A stretch of 64,000 nucleotides of DNA. Origin: Tubiluchus corallicola (taxonomy: Eukaryota > Animalia > Priapulida). Below are positions 18,678 to 30,319 of this stretch, piece after piece. The stretch is taken from positions 1-64,000 of the forward strand of contig JAQGDQ010000855.1 in assembly GCA_030141605.1 (NCBI GenBank), given 5' to 3'. The notes under the pieces were generated by a model, which was not told where the DNA came from, ran no database searches, and saw only the letters and a list, made by a program, of their open reading frames with translations. Position 1 is the first letter of the stretch. Each line of letters opens with the position of its first letter. The position numbers and the translations under genes are program-made.

Positions 18678-19415
18678 ATGACTTGCAACGCTGTAGTTGC
18701 ATGCCTTTTTCTCTGTATTACATGGTTTAACGTAAGTCAGTCAAGGGATGAACATTCAGAAAATTTAAAAAATGCGGGAAAACTCAACTCAAGACACAGA
18801 ACAGTACCTCATAGTGGAATTGCCACACCTTCAGGTGATAACGGTTAGTATCATAGGTATATATATATTTGCCATATTCTATGTTCCATGTTACTGTGTT
18901 ATGTTTAAATAAACTGATTGTGAAGCAGAATCTATTGAATATAACCCTTTTATCATTCCATTTCTTCAACAGTTAGTAATTGTAAAAATATAAGAACATA
19001 AATTGCATTATACAAAAGCTTCAGTCACCGAGTTATTAATATTTTCATGTTCATATGAATTAATAAGAATCTTTTACATTATTTGCAGGATTACTTCTTC
19101 CAGAACCCAGAATTGTAGGTGGAAAAATAGTTGGTGCTGTTAGGGAATTTCCTTATATGGTAAATTCATTTTGAGACACAGTTTATTCATTTTGAGACAA
19201 GAACACAAGATGTTACACTTTTGCAATAATCATCTGAATTCACTTTCAAAAGATGTTTGATTTTACATTTACACACCACTCCTTTTTTTACTTTTTTGGC
19301 AAATTCGTTTAGTAATGTTTGTTGTGGCATTGATATATTGTACTAATAAACGTCTCTAAGATGTATCACTTACGAAATTAATACTTCTGAAACTTATAGC
19401 CCTGCAAGTATACAA

Positions 19416-19458
<43 letters not shown>

Positions 19459-19524
19459 GTATATATATATATCATCAATATATATATATTGATGATATAT
19501 ATATGCAAACAAACAAACACACAC

Positions 19525-19558
<34 letters not shown>

Positions 19559-22500
19559 TTGTTTGTTTGCATATGCCAATAATATACCAATTATATGCCA
19601 ATATATATAAATAATTGAAATAATTGTATAATTGTTTATGTATTATTTATTTATTAATATATAAATTGAATATTGGCTTTATAAATATAAGAAATGAAAA
19701 AATTACCAGCATCATATTTATGTAACGTCTGTCTTCATGTAAATACAAGAGTACCAAAACTTGTGCATTTTCATTAAATAGGCTGTGATACGCAGAAATG
19801 TATCAGCCACCAAATTTTATCAGTGCGGAGGAATACTCATTAACAGCAAATGGATTTTGACTGCTGCACACGCTATTCTACGGTAAGGTGGATAAAAAAT
19901 TTTGAAAATTTGAAATTCTGAAAGGTTCTGAAAAACTGCGTGTTAAACGGAATTATTAGAGTCGCACTTTTTCTGGATCATATCATTGATGACACTTTTA
20001 TTTTTGATAGCAATAAGCCTTTTCACATTTTTTTTGTGTGCAATTGTTGCAGGTCAAAATTAAGTGTACTACAGCAATGCGTCTTAACTACAACCGTCAC
20101 GTGCATATGGGTAAAGCAAAGTCAGTTGCCGCATCAGTTCAGTAACATCCGTTGTTTTACATGTACTTTACTTAATTATGCATTAGTCTGTGCATTGAGT
20201 GATTTACTAGCAGGATCTTGCTTGGGAACGAGAAATAAAATATAGTTTTACCTACCTATTAAAATTGTTACTACTTACAATAGCATGGGCTGCGAGGCGT
20301 TCTAAAGTGTAAACAAATACGTTGTCTGGTACACTTAACCTTTGTCCTTTTCACAATCATTACCAATTGCTGAAACTGTAAAAAGGTTTATTACAAATTA
20401 TGTATTGCATCTTACGTTATCCATGTAGAGAAGACTTTTTGTAACCATAATTAAAATTTACCGCTTAAATGGTAAACTAAATCAATCATTAAGTGCCTCA
20501 ATGTGTTTCATACCCTTTTAACTCCACCTTTATCTCTCCTTTTGCCTATGTCTGTTTATCCTTTAGTAGATGCATCTTCAAGAAATGCATATTATCAAAT
20601 TTACAACACTTTATTAAGAAAGAAAGCAATTGAAAAAGTATATCTGCTGATTCAATATCTAATCTTATAGAATCTTAAACGATTATCTTTAAGGATTATC
20701 TCGGTCGGTGAATGCTAAAAAGTGCCGACTTCCACTTATCTAAACTATATAAATGCCAGAAAATACAGTTGTGTAGTGGCATGAGAATTATACGTTGATT
20801 TATAAATTTCATCTTGTGTTTATTACATAGTATAAGAACTGGGCCTGAGGCTAAAATATACCTGGGAAGCAACAAGTTGTTTGAGCCAAAGGAGGTGCGT
20901 TGGGTATGTCTTTATATCGTAATGTTATCCTTGAATATAGCATGTACATATATACATATTTTCATTTTTTGTCATGGTTGCTATGAATGCGTTGGGAGGA
21001 AAAATGCACTTTCAACTCTTCGACCTGAAAACGTAGCAAAGCGGACTGCACCCGTGCAATGTAGTTTTGAGAAAACAACCTGTTTAGTCCTGTCACAACG
21101 GCCCTATAAACTGGGTTGTGGTGATGCACACATATTGAAAGTCACTGATAGCAAAATCAATTCCAGGAGACTAATAGAAATTGCAAATAAAGTTAAAACG
21201 GCTCATAAGAACTAAAAATCTACTTTTACAAAGACGAAAAACTGCCAAGTAAGTTTCTTGACCGAAAAAATGTCACATCCCTAATATTTGAAAAGTCTGC
21301 AATCGTTTCTTTGTCTGAGTATGATCTACCCCCCAGCCTTGAACAACTCTTCACGAAGAACTATAGCAAAGCCTTAAAGGACGTCCATTACAAAACTTTT
21401 TATCGGGTGAAAACAGAGACCTTTGTTGCTTGTAAGGAACTGAAAACCGCTATTTTGGATCTTCAAAATAGTCCAAATGTCGAATACTGATGGTAAAAGA
21501 TTTTTACGTTTTTTGTTAAACGTTTTTTCAACTTAACTTTTGGTTGTGTACTGGTAACTTGAATTTCAATCTTTGGATTTTGTAGTGGCGTTTTTGAGCC
21601 ATGGTAATCTCCTTATCATAATTGTGCTGGGTATTTCTTTTGGCTTAATTTTTAGCATTAAAAATAAAGTTGTTGCCGGACGGATTGTCTGTGTTCAATA
21701 AACAACAAACAACAAGCAAAAAATTTTTGGAAGAAAGTCAGCTGCTGCTAAAATCAAATTGTTGTATAAACTGAGGATTCAGAGTCAAATCATTTATGTT
21801 AATAGAAAACTGATTTAGGCGAATTAATGTTACAAATTAATAAAAATGGTGTACTCTTTTCTTTAATTAGTAATCTTTGTTGTTTTTAGGTGTATAAATA
21901 CAGGGTGCATCCCGACTATAAAAGGGTAGGAAACGCAACCCATATATTTGAGCCCGCTGTTGACCTAGCTCTTGTACGAATGGACAATCGCGTTGAATTT
22001 GACGACGACATTCAACCTGCAAAACTAGCACGCTGTCGCTATCTAGACTACCTAAATAAACCAATTGTTTATGCAGGTTTTGGCGTTTTCACCAAAGGTA
22101 GGTATGTCATAGATACATTAATCATTTACATTAAGTTTTTTCATTAACCCACAATGAATTTTATTTTGATCGCTTGCATTTGAAAAACATATTTGTACAT
22201 ACTGTTTGACATTTTTGTTTTATTACTTTTAAAAGTTATCTTAAATTTATTTTAAATTAATAGAACCACAGTACAATTTTATTGTTATAGTCCAGGTGAC
22301 AGGTCATACATTTTCTTTCTCCATAACAGTGACTGACCAGTTCATGTGATTCTAGCAAAAAACACCCAAAAGTTTGTCAATGTTCTCGGAAATGATTCCA
22401 TTTCTTTTCTTTTCTTTCGATTAAGTAATTTTTCTTGTATGTGCGGCACCTACAGGCAAAATTACAGCACATGCACCTTCACTTGTTACCTCATTCTGCA

Positions 22501-24959
22501 AGAAAACCCAACGACATTGCGAATCAAATTGAAACTCCGTCAGCCAAATGTTCTTTTCTGCATCTACAACATAACATAAGATAAAAATCTTGGAGTAACG
22601 TACGTGCTGTTGCTCTGCAGATTATAACAAAACACCATTTAGCACTGACTTGCGAAAGGCGTGGACTACAGTTGTAAAATCAGGAAAATCGTTTAAAGAG
22701 GTTAATAGAACTCTATGGATGCTCTCGTACGCCCCAGGTGTCTCTGCGTGTTACGTGAGTATTAATCACCTTAGACATTTGGATTTTTATTTTTGGAGTT
22801 CAAAGGGAAAGGCGAGGCCTGGGCAAAGACAATGGCTGAGTTTTTTTCGAATACTACTGCTAGAGCAACAGAATATTGTTGATATGTTCATCTGTAAGAC
22901 GCGATGTAAAACTACATATTAATTCACTAGAAGTTGTCTCTGCTGTACACAGGGACTCCATCCAAATTTGTCAGGATAATGTTGTTTTTCCTTGTTTTAT
23001 AAACATTTTCTAACGTTTCTACTACATAATTGGTCCTCTAATGTACTAATCGTTTCCTTAATTAGATTTAGCATTTAAAGTTTTTAAACTGTTTATTTTG
23101 CCGTCCAATCAGAACATAACTAGGCAGCCTTGGACAGTTTAGCAACTATGCTCGTTTACTTCAAAGAATTTTTTTCAAAGAAATTATGAAAGAAAACAAA
23201 AGAAAAACAGAGCACAGAAGATTAACTAACAGGTTTTAATGGATAGACATGAAAAGCAGCAAGAATAAATGGGACTGCAAGATGGGGCAATTACAAGTTT
23301 CATTGTTGTAACTGAATAACTTACATTTCATTACGAAATTTCACTTTTCACACAATATTCGTTAATTTTTACTATGAATATTTGCATGTAAAAATCCAAC
23401 GGATCTATTATATATATATATATATAATCTTTATTTGCCATAAAAAATCGATATTCACAACTATAAAAGCATAAAAGAACATCGCAGCATGAGAATAAAA
23501 TTCACACAACTGTTAAAGGCAAATGCGTCCAGTGCAAACTAAAAACTACTGTGCCAAAAATTTAAAACAAAAATATACATTATAATATTACACGGAAATT
23601 ACGATAGACTATATACATATAATTTAAAATGGACGTGGGTAAATAAAATTTGTGGATGAATATATATTATCGTTTATGTATGTTGGGTTTTGAAAACGAT
23701 TTAATGTATATATTTTTAATTTTGATTTGAATTCGTCAAAAGACTTGATTTGTTTTAAATTGGATGGCAGGGTATTCCAAAGTTGTATGCCTTGTTTAGT
23801 GATAGAATTGTTGCTGTATTTGTTATCAGTGCAAGTTTGTTTAATATTGTGTGTTCTTGGATTTAATGTTGGCTCCAAGAGGTGTTCTGGTAATGATCAC
23901 ATTTCTTTGTCAAGATCGTTTCTTTCTGTACATTTTCGGTAAATTTATTAACCGAAGTGTTTTGTTCACTAAATTAAGCGTTTTCCATTGGGTAAAGGCG
24001 GATTTTACCGAAGTAGTTAAGCTGTTTGCCAACTAAAACAAAAACAGCTAACATCTTCAAATTGCAAGACATAGACTTTGTGCTCAAATGATTTTGTAAA
24101 AATAATGTGTAAAATTTCACGCAGCAGCAAGCCACAGCTTAGCTGGAACAATACGTTGCCATGCTGCTTGTGACACGCAGCTGCTATGTTCACTGTCCCG
24201 CTGTAGCTTCTAACATCACACAGCCTGAGTGGGCATTGCTATGGTTACTGAGCAATTTCTTGTGTGCCATCTAGGGCGAGTTACGAAAACAATGCAAGTG
24301 CGTAATTGTATTATTAAACTGAATGTTAAAAACGAAATTTTGACACCTACGTATTGGCACGAGACAAAACAGACCTCAAGATAGTCTATAAAGTGGGGAC
24401 GAAAGGTTAATAATGATTAGCAGCAACTAAGGTGAGTGAGGTAAACAATGATAGAAGTTTAGTAGATGTGCAAAAACACTCATTGTAAATAAAATTAAGG
24501 TATGTATGAAAGTATGAACATTAAACGAAAGGTATGTACCTTAGAAATGTCTATTATTCCATTTTTACCATGTTCATATTACAGTACTTACCTTTCCCGT
24601 TAACATTAAAATCCCCCACCGATTTTGTTGTTTCTAAAACCACCTGTTTTACCAGTTTTAAATTTCAGAGAGATTCTGGTGGCCCAGTGATTTTTCCGTA
24701 TAGTGGAGAAGTAATTGGAGTTCTACAAAGCGCTGAGAGTAACTGTGCTGGTGCAACACTTTCAACAAAAATTGGTCCGCACCTGGACTGGATTAATGAG
24801 ACACAAGTTAAGGCTGAAGAGACAAATTACCGATATCTCCGATCCAGTGCACCCTCTTTTAACTATATTTCAATATTAAAAGTAATAGATATTAGACTTA
24901 TTGGTGCTGTATTCTTCACTTGTATTTACTGCACTAAATGTTTGGTGTCGTCGTTTTAA
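18678..24959 (+). CDS. S1A serine protease zymogen SP2 (type B: G193R, fewer disulfides), 347 aa
   Basis: Exons 18678-18843, 19089-19159, 19782-19882, 20831-20903, 21890-22097, 22621-22754, 24669-24959 (1044 nt, in frame). PEPR|IVGG, TAAHA, VDLAL, GFG, ACY|RDSGGP. Confidence 0.9.
20014..20390. mobile_element. Interspersed MITE-like family X; other copies ~35996-36096 + 37210-37525, ~55291-55682, ~61080-61410 (reverse)
   Basis: Shared GCATCAGTTCAGTAAC and GTCTGGTACACTTAACCTT blocks; termini resemble TAAGCCTTTTCACA / TGT(A/G)AAAAGG. Confidence 0.7.
23410..24040 (-). mobile_element. LINE (CR1/L2-group) 3' fragment in SP2 intron 6
   Basis: Translation ..GIQLWNTLPSNLKQIKSFDEFKSKLK..; 3' end AATAAAGATTA running into (TA)n. 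Confidence 0.75.
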
Positions 24960-25051
24960 CGTAATTGTGGCATCAGTTTAATGGACAAAATGTATGCAAA
25001 TACAAAGAATTACTAACAAGAGCACTGTGAATTTTGATCTCTTTTTTGATA

Positions 25052-25583
25052 TGTGATCTATGTGATGATATATGATTCATGTATCAGCATCATAATTCAC
25101 TACTTCCACCAGCTTTTCAGTTATACTTTAGTCCAGTTTCAAATCAACATGATCATTGCACAAGATATTCAGTCGGAGACTATGTACTCCCCCTTCCAAA
25201 AACAAATATAATGAAACAGTCATCAAAATATAATGCTATTAAAATATGGTCATCAATTCCTCGTGAAATGAAAACTCTTAATCTCTATCAATTTAAAAAA
25301 GCATCAAAGAATTACCTACTACAACGGTATAATTAACTCACAATTTTACTCATCCTGATCTTAAGTTACTAAGAAAACTTATTTTGTTCTAATGTATGTT
25401 ATAACTGATGAAAATGTAATGTTAATTGTCAATTGTTTCACTTATCTGGATTAGGACTCGAAAGCTCAATGCTCCTTCCTTCTCCTCACAGTAACTCTCA
25501 TAGTTTATTTTTTTTCAATGTATATCAATTTGTATGTTTGTAGGTATGTTTGAGTTGCTGTGGAATAAATTCATAATTCATAA
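25052..25583 (+). mobile_element. 5'-truncated CR1/L2-group LINE 3' end in the SP2 3' region
   Basis: ORF 25079-25336 resembles a LINE ORF2 C-terminus (H...TR...IWSSIP...FKK); AATTCAT-repeat tail; TSD TTTGATA; the empty site is visible in the SP4 3' region. Confidence 0.8.
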
Positions 25584-27738
25584 TTTGATAGGAAACGTGT
25601 TAAAATTCGTTTTACTGCAGAAATTTCATGCTGCAAGCACCACATTTCAATTCATTTTGAACAAAATTCGACAATGATGCCTTGTGATCAACAAGACGGG
25701 AAAAGACTGTATGGCCATAATCACCATTTGCCAGAAACTTTAAAAAACAAATTATAACCATAATTCACTGCCCAAACTACCATAGCGTAAAAGCCCAAAT
25801 TTCGTATCAAAGGTATTGCATACTGCAAGTCTAATGTACAGTAAAATTATTAGGTTAGTTGTATAGTGGTAGTACATGTGTGAGCGATGTGTGTAGCTGT
25901 TTATGGACGTTTGAGTAATGGCAAAGCTATAAGACTTGGATTAGGAAATAACACTTTTATTAAGTAACATCACAATATAATAAATGTATAGCAATGCCAA
26001 AAGCCCCTGATCTATGAGACGTCCTGTGCATGAGTGACTAGTCTAATCAAAGCCCTTCGGCGAGTTGGTTTCACGGCATCCCTGCCAGCTGCGTGCGCAG
26101 TCTGACAAATGGGTCAGTTCATCGTCACGTGACACCGCGCCTTAAATTCCCTTATTTGGGTTTGGCTTCATGAATACTCTTCTTAGCATAATTATCTGAC
26201 ATTTAACATATTTTAACAGATTCTCTTTATTTGTACGAAGCTGTAAAACATCCATACAGCTCAAAAAGGAAGTGCCAAAGAACATGCTCTGGAAATCAGC
26301 CAGTCTTTCTACGAATATGAATATCATTACCAATGGCCCTGAACTGGCCCTGTAGAGAGACTACTCAAGTCTATAGGAGCTCAAAGTAGACGAACAGAAG
26401 TTTAGTGTGCACAGCTGAAAAGCAGTTCACGTAAGATAAATCAGCTGAAACGTATGTACACCAAGTATAAATCGAGTAAGAGAAAACTCAATTTATCTCG
26501 CCTGAAACATAATGTGAATGCATCCAAGCTATAATTAATGGCTACAGATGCTCAGATGCTCGACGTGAGTTCTTATCTTCACGTGAATTTGACTTGTTTT
26601 CAGGAATAATCCAACTAAAAACATAATCATAGAAACTTTCAACACTTTATCAACATTAAATTTAGCTCAAATGAATCAAGCAACGCGAATTCGTAACATA
26701 ATAACGTTAAAAGATATGTCTAGAATGTTTAACAACGCACAGAACAATGTCGAAAAAAGTATGTCGCTAATTTAAAACCAGTTGAAACATAAAATACTTA
26801 ATTTTGTTACGATGTGGACAAAAGAAAATCATTTTTAATTATTCTAAATCTAAATTTATGTTGTATATTTATCCTAATGTCATCATACTTTTTTAGTTTT
26901 GGATAGTGCTGCCACCTTCAGGTGCTCTTGTTGAAATTGTTGAACTTTCTCTTTCCTGTTTAAATTTTCATTGGCTTCTACAGTCTTTATGAATGCATAA
27001 TCTCTAAACCTGTTTTCACACCTAAATGATTTCACCTGTAGTTCTGGTCACTTGGTTTTCTGATTTTCAATATGACACGACTTCACTGTTTATGTAGGCA
27101 TTTCAGAATAAAATCTTAAAAATAAATCTCAAGTTTTTTGGTTTCTTCAAACCACGATGAACTGAAGTTTACTTTATGTAAAACGTTTAAAATTTTTGAA
27201 AAAGTAGATTTGAGAGCAAAACTTGGGAGATTGAAAGCCCAGGATTAAATTACTTTCGTATTTTCGACGCAAACAATTACTGAATTGAGTTTAATTTGTT
27301 GAAATTTTCTAAATGTATGTACTTTTACTTTTATATAGAAAACAACGACAAAGTAATTAAAATATGTGCATAATTATTGATGAATATTACATTTTTACAA
27401 TAATGATATTTACAATATAGTAAAAAAAGTTTACTGGCCTATTATATAAGACCTATATTTTAGTTGAAAGTAAAGATTTTAGTAAAAAGAAAGAATTACA
27501 ATATAACAAAATTACGACATGATATCATTAAATATATAAATGTTAAATCAAATACAGAAAGACTGTAGATGTACCTGTTTATACCGTGTTAAGGTCATCC
27601 TCGATAATGAGTAAAGGAGTAACATAGCCGATTATCAGCCCTATGTGATTCCTGGCTAGCTAGGCCTTTGGCACAGAAAAATTACTATAATCTATGAACG
27701 AAGCCTAATTCAGGTGTTTACATTTTCGTGCCGATACA

Positions 27739-28110
27739 CAGGGCCTATTTCATGGGGGGGGGGAGTGGGGATACTTCCCCGGGGCCTCACCCTCCTGGGG
27801 GGCCTCGCGCCAAGGTAACAATTTTTTTGCTTTATGCGAACCTACTGCCTCCTCTCTCCCTCTCTCTTTTGCCGTACGCGCGCCGTTTGCCAGTATTGAC
27901 AAGTATTAAGGATTGCTCTTGAGGATAAAGCAGTTTTTCTTTCAATTGTTCTTTCCTTTAACAACTGTATAATTCCATATTTTCTCTTCGAAAATGTTTC
28001 TCCGGAGTTCTAGCAGTTAAAAAAATTTTCTGGGCGCGAACCATGGTGACAAAAAGGGGGCCTCACACGCCCCACTTCCCCGGGCCTAGCTTTGGCTGAA
28101 ATAGGCCCTG
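27739..28110. mobile_element. hAT-type MITE family H1, copy 2
   Basis: 14-bp TIR CAGGGCCTATTTCA, 8-bp TSD C(C/T)GATACA; reverse-complement homolog of 11081-11499. Confidence 0.9.
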
Positions 28111-28576
28111 CTGATACAAACTATACTATAGACTTGAATGACATAGGTAATTGATTATGATGAAACGCTAAGGAGTACATCTTTGCAAACAGAGTAAAAA
28201 CACTTAAACTCAGGACATGCCATACTGGCGTAATTCTCAACAACGTAAAGGAAATGAGGTAACATTGAAACAGGCAGTAACTACCGTGGATACAGGAAGC
28301 CATGCCAACATGGAAACTTACCATGGCGACGGACACTCCACGCACTGCAAATGTAGTGAGATCGTTGAGGGTTATCCGCTGTGCAACTACCGCAATTGTC
28401 TTAATGAGACTTCAGAAAAGCATAAGAAAGACTCAACGGATCAACAAAAACATTCAGGCATATTCTTATAAGAGCTAAATGAATAATGTAAAAGTCATTT
28501 TTCAAGTTGTTGTTCAGTCGTTTTGATATGCTTGAGTTTAGACACACAGAAACCTATGTATGGGAACTAACCATCT

Positions 28577-28837
28577 TCTTCTCAGCTTTTCCCTATGCGG
28601 GGTCGCCGTTGTGAATAAGTCGTCTCTATGCATTCCTGTTGTTGGCCATTTCTTCATTTATGTTCTTCTCTCTAAGGTCTCCCAAAATTCACTTCTCTGA
28701 CTTTGACTCATTCATAAAAAGGTTTTGGCTCAGTTTTTACAGGCGGATGCCCTTCCTGACCCTAACCCTCCCTATTTATCCGGGCTTGGGACCGGCACTG
28801 AGTTGGGCTAGCTTGCCCCCCCCCAGTGGCTAGGTTC
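28577..28837 (-). mobile_element. Non-autonomous RTE-derived retroelement (5' UTR fused to 3' end)
   Basis: 18-bp TSD TATGGGAACTAA(C/A)CATCT at 28559-28576 and 28838-28855. The minus strand 3' part translates as ILGDLREKNINEEMANNRNA*RRLIHNGDPA, typical of an RTE ORF C-terminus, and ends in a short GAA tail. Confidence 0.85.
28760..28836 (-). ncRNA. Twister ribozyme (type P1, 3' cleavage-product portion)
   Basis: Minus strand: AA-CCUA-GCC-[ACUGGG..GGGC AAGCUA GCCC..CUCAGU]-GCCGG-UCCCAAGC-CCGG-AUAAA-UAGG-GAGGG-UU. The core GCCGGUCCCAAGCCCGGAUAAA matches the eukaryotic twister consensus as I recall it; P2 CCUA/UAGG and P4 CCGG/CCGG pair. Confidence 0.8.
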
Positions 28838-29320
28838 TATGGGAACTAAACATCTATAATAAATATTTGCATTGCACATATCAGAAAAATGCTTATTGAA
28901 CTATAGAAAAAATGCAGCACTGAACATTGAGTAAAACTAGAATCTAAAACCATTCAGTAAAACCTGTTTCACAGCTTTAATTCAGATATTAAACTTGACC
29001 TATGCAGACTTCCACAAGCTTCACAACAACCAACAATAGGGAGAGGACCATTGTGTATGTAGTCACTGGACCGTACAATTATACTGAAGGTAAGTCAGCT
29101 AGTAGAATGTTACAAGACTAGCACATAGATGGCAGCACCTAACTGCAATGTACAAATACCATCTTCCACAAATTATGTCATAAATGTTTTAAATTTTCAG
29201 AAAATAGCAAAAGCTGAATGCTAATAATTTTTTGACTTAAATCACTGGCAAATAATGATCTTGGATAAGTAAAAATAAGAGCGTCTCCTATATATAATAT
29301 ACTAGCTTATGCTAATATAT

Positions 29321-29961
29321 TATATTAGATATATTCAAACGATTTTATGAAATATATAAGTGAATAGCAAGTTACCATACTGCATAATCGCTACATGTAC
29401 AGTATACAAAGTACACTGTGAATAAAATTATTTAAAACTCCAGAAGTCGTTGCCTAAATTAAAAAAATACAAGCTGAAATATGACGACTATAAATGATTT
29501 ATAAAAAAGTTATTAATGCTATTATGGTGTAAGACATGATGTAAAGATGAAAACTAAAACAATTCCTTGCTACAAACATAATCCTGTACTTAGATTACAA
29601 AATCATACCGAAAAGAGGTATAAACAAAGTAGTTTACCTTGTAATACGATTGCCATCGACAAAGAACTATTATTGTATTAAAATATGAAAGGGTATGAAA
29701 TTTCAATATGAAAACAGTATTTACGCACAAATATATTAATTTTAGTTCTGCTGGATATATACATCATAATAGCATTAATAACTTATTAATAAATTATTTA
29801 TAATCGTCATATTTCAGCTTGTATTTTTTTAATTCACGCAACGACTGCTGGAGTTTTAAATAATTTTATTCACAGTGTACTTTGTATACTGTACATGTAG
29901 GGATTTTGCAGTAAGGTAACTTGCTATTCACTTATATATTTCATAAAATCGTTTGAATATA

Positions 29962-29970
<9 letters not shown>
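29321..29970. mobile_element. Foldback element with ~210-bp inverted arms
   Basis: ~29321-29530 is the near-perfect reverse complement of ~29760-29970; TA-rich flanks. Confidence 0.8.
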
Positions 29971-30029
<59 letters not shown>

Positions 30030-30069
30030 GTTGTGTTATATTTTTTCTTTGAAGGTATAAACAGTAGAA

Positions 30070-30264
30070 ATGGTTTACAATTCAGTGACTGCATCTATTT
30101 TACTCTGTGTTATGTGGTCTCGGTATGATGTATGTCAGTCAAGGGGCAAATCATCACAAAATTTAAAACAAGCAGTAAACCTGAGCTCAAACAAAAGAGC
30201 AATACATGTACCTCATCATAGAATTGCCAGACATTCGGTTGATAAAGGTTAGTAAACTATATAT

Positions 30265-30319
<55 letters not shown>

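Noticed and set aside
24669-24674. Alternative AG acceptors that would remove Arg193
   Set aside because: The AGs 2 and 4 nt downstream shift the frame; only TTTCAG|AGA keeps DSGGP in frame, in both SP2 and SP4.
18678-24959. Type-B genes as pseudogenes
   Set aside because: All seven exons are open, splice sites are canonical, the triad is intact, and the same unusual substitutions occur in both diverged copies.
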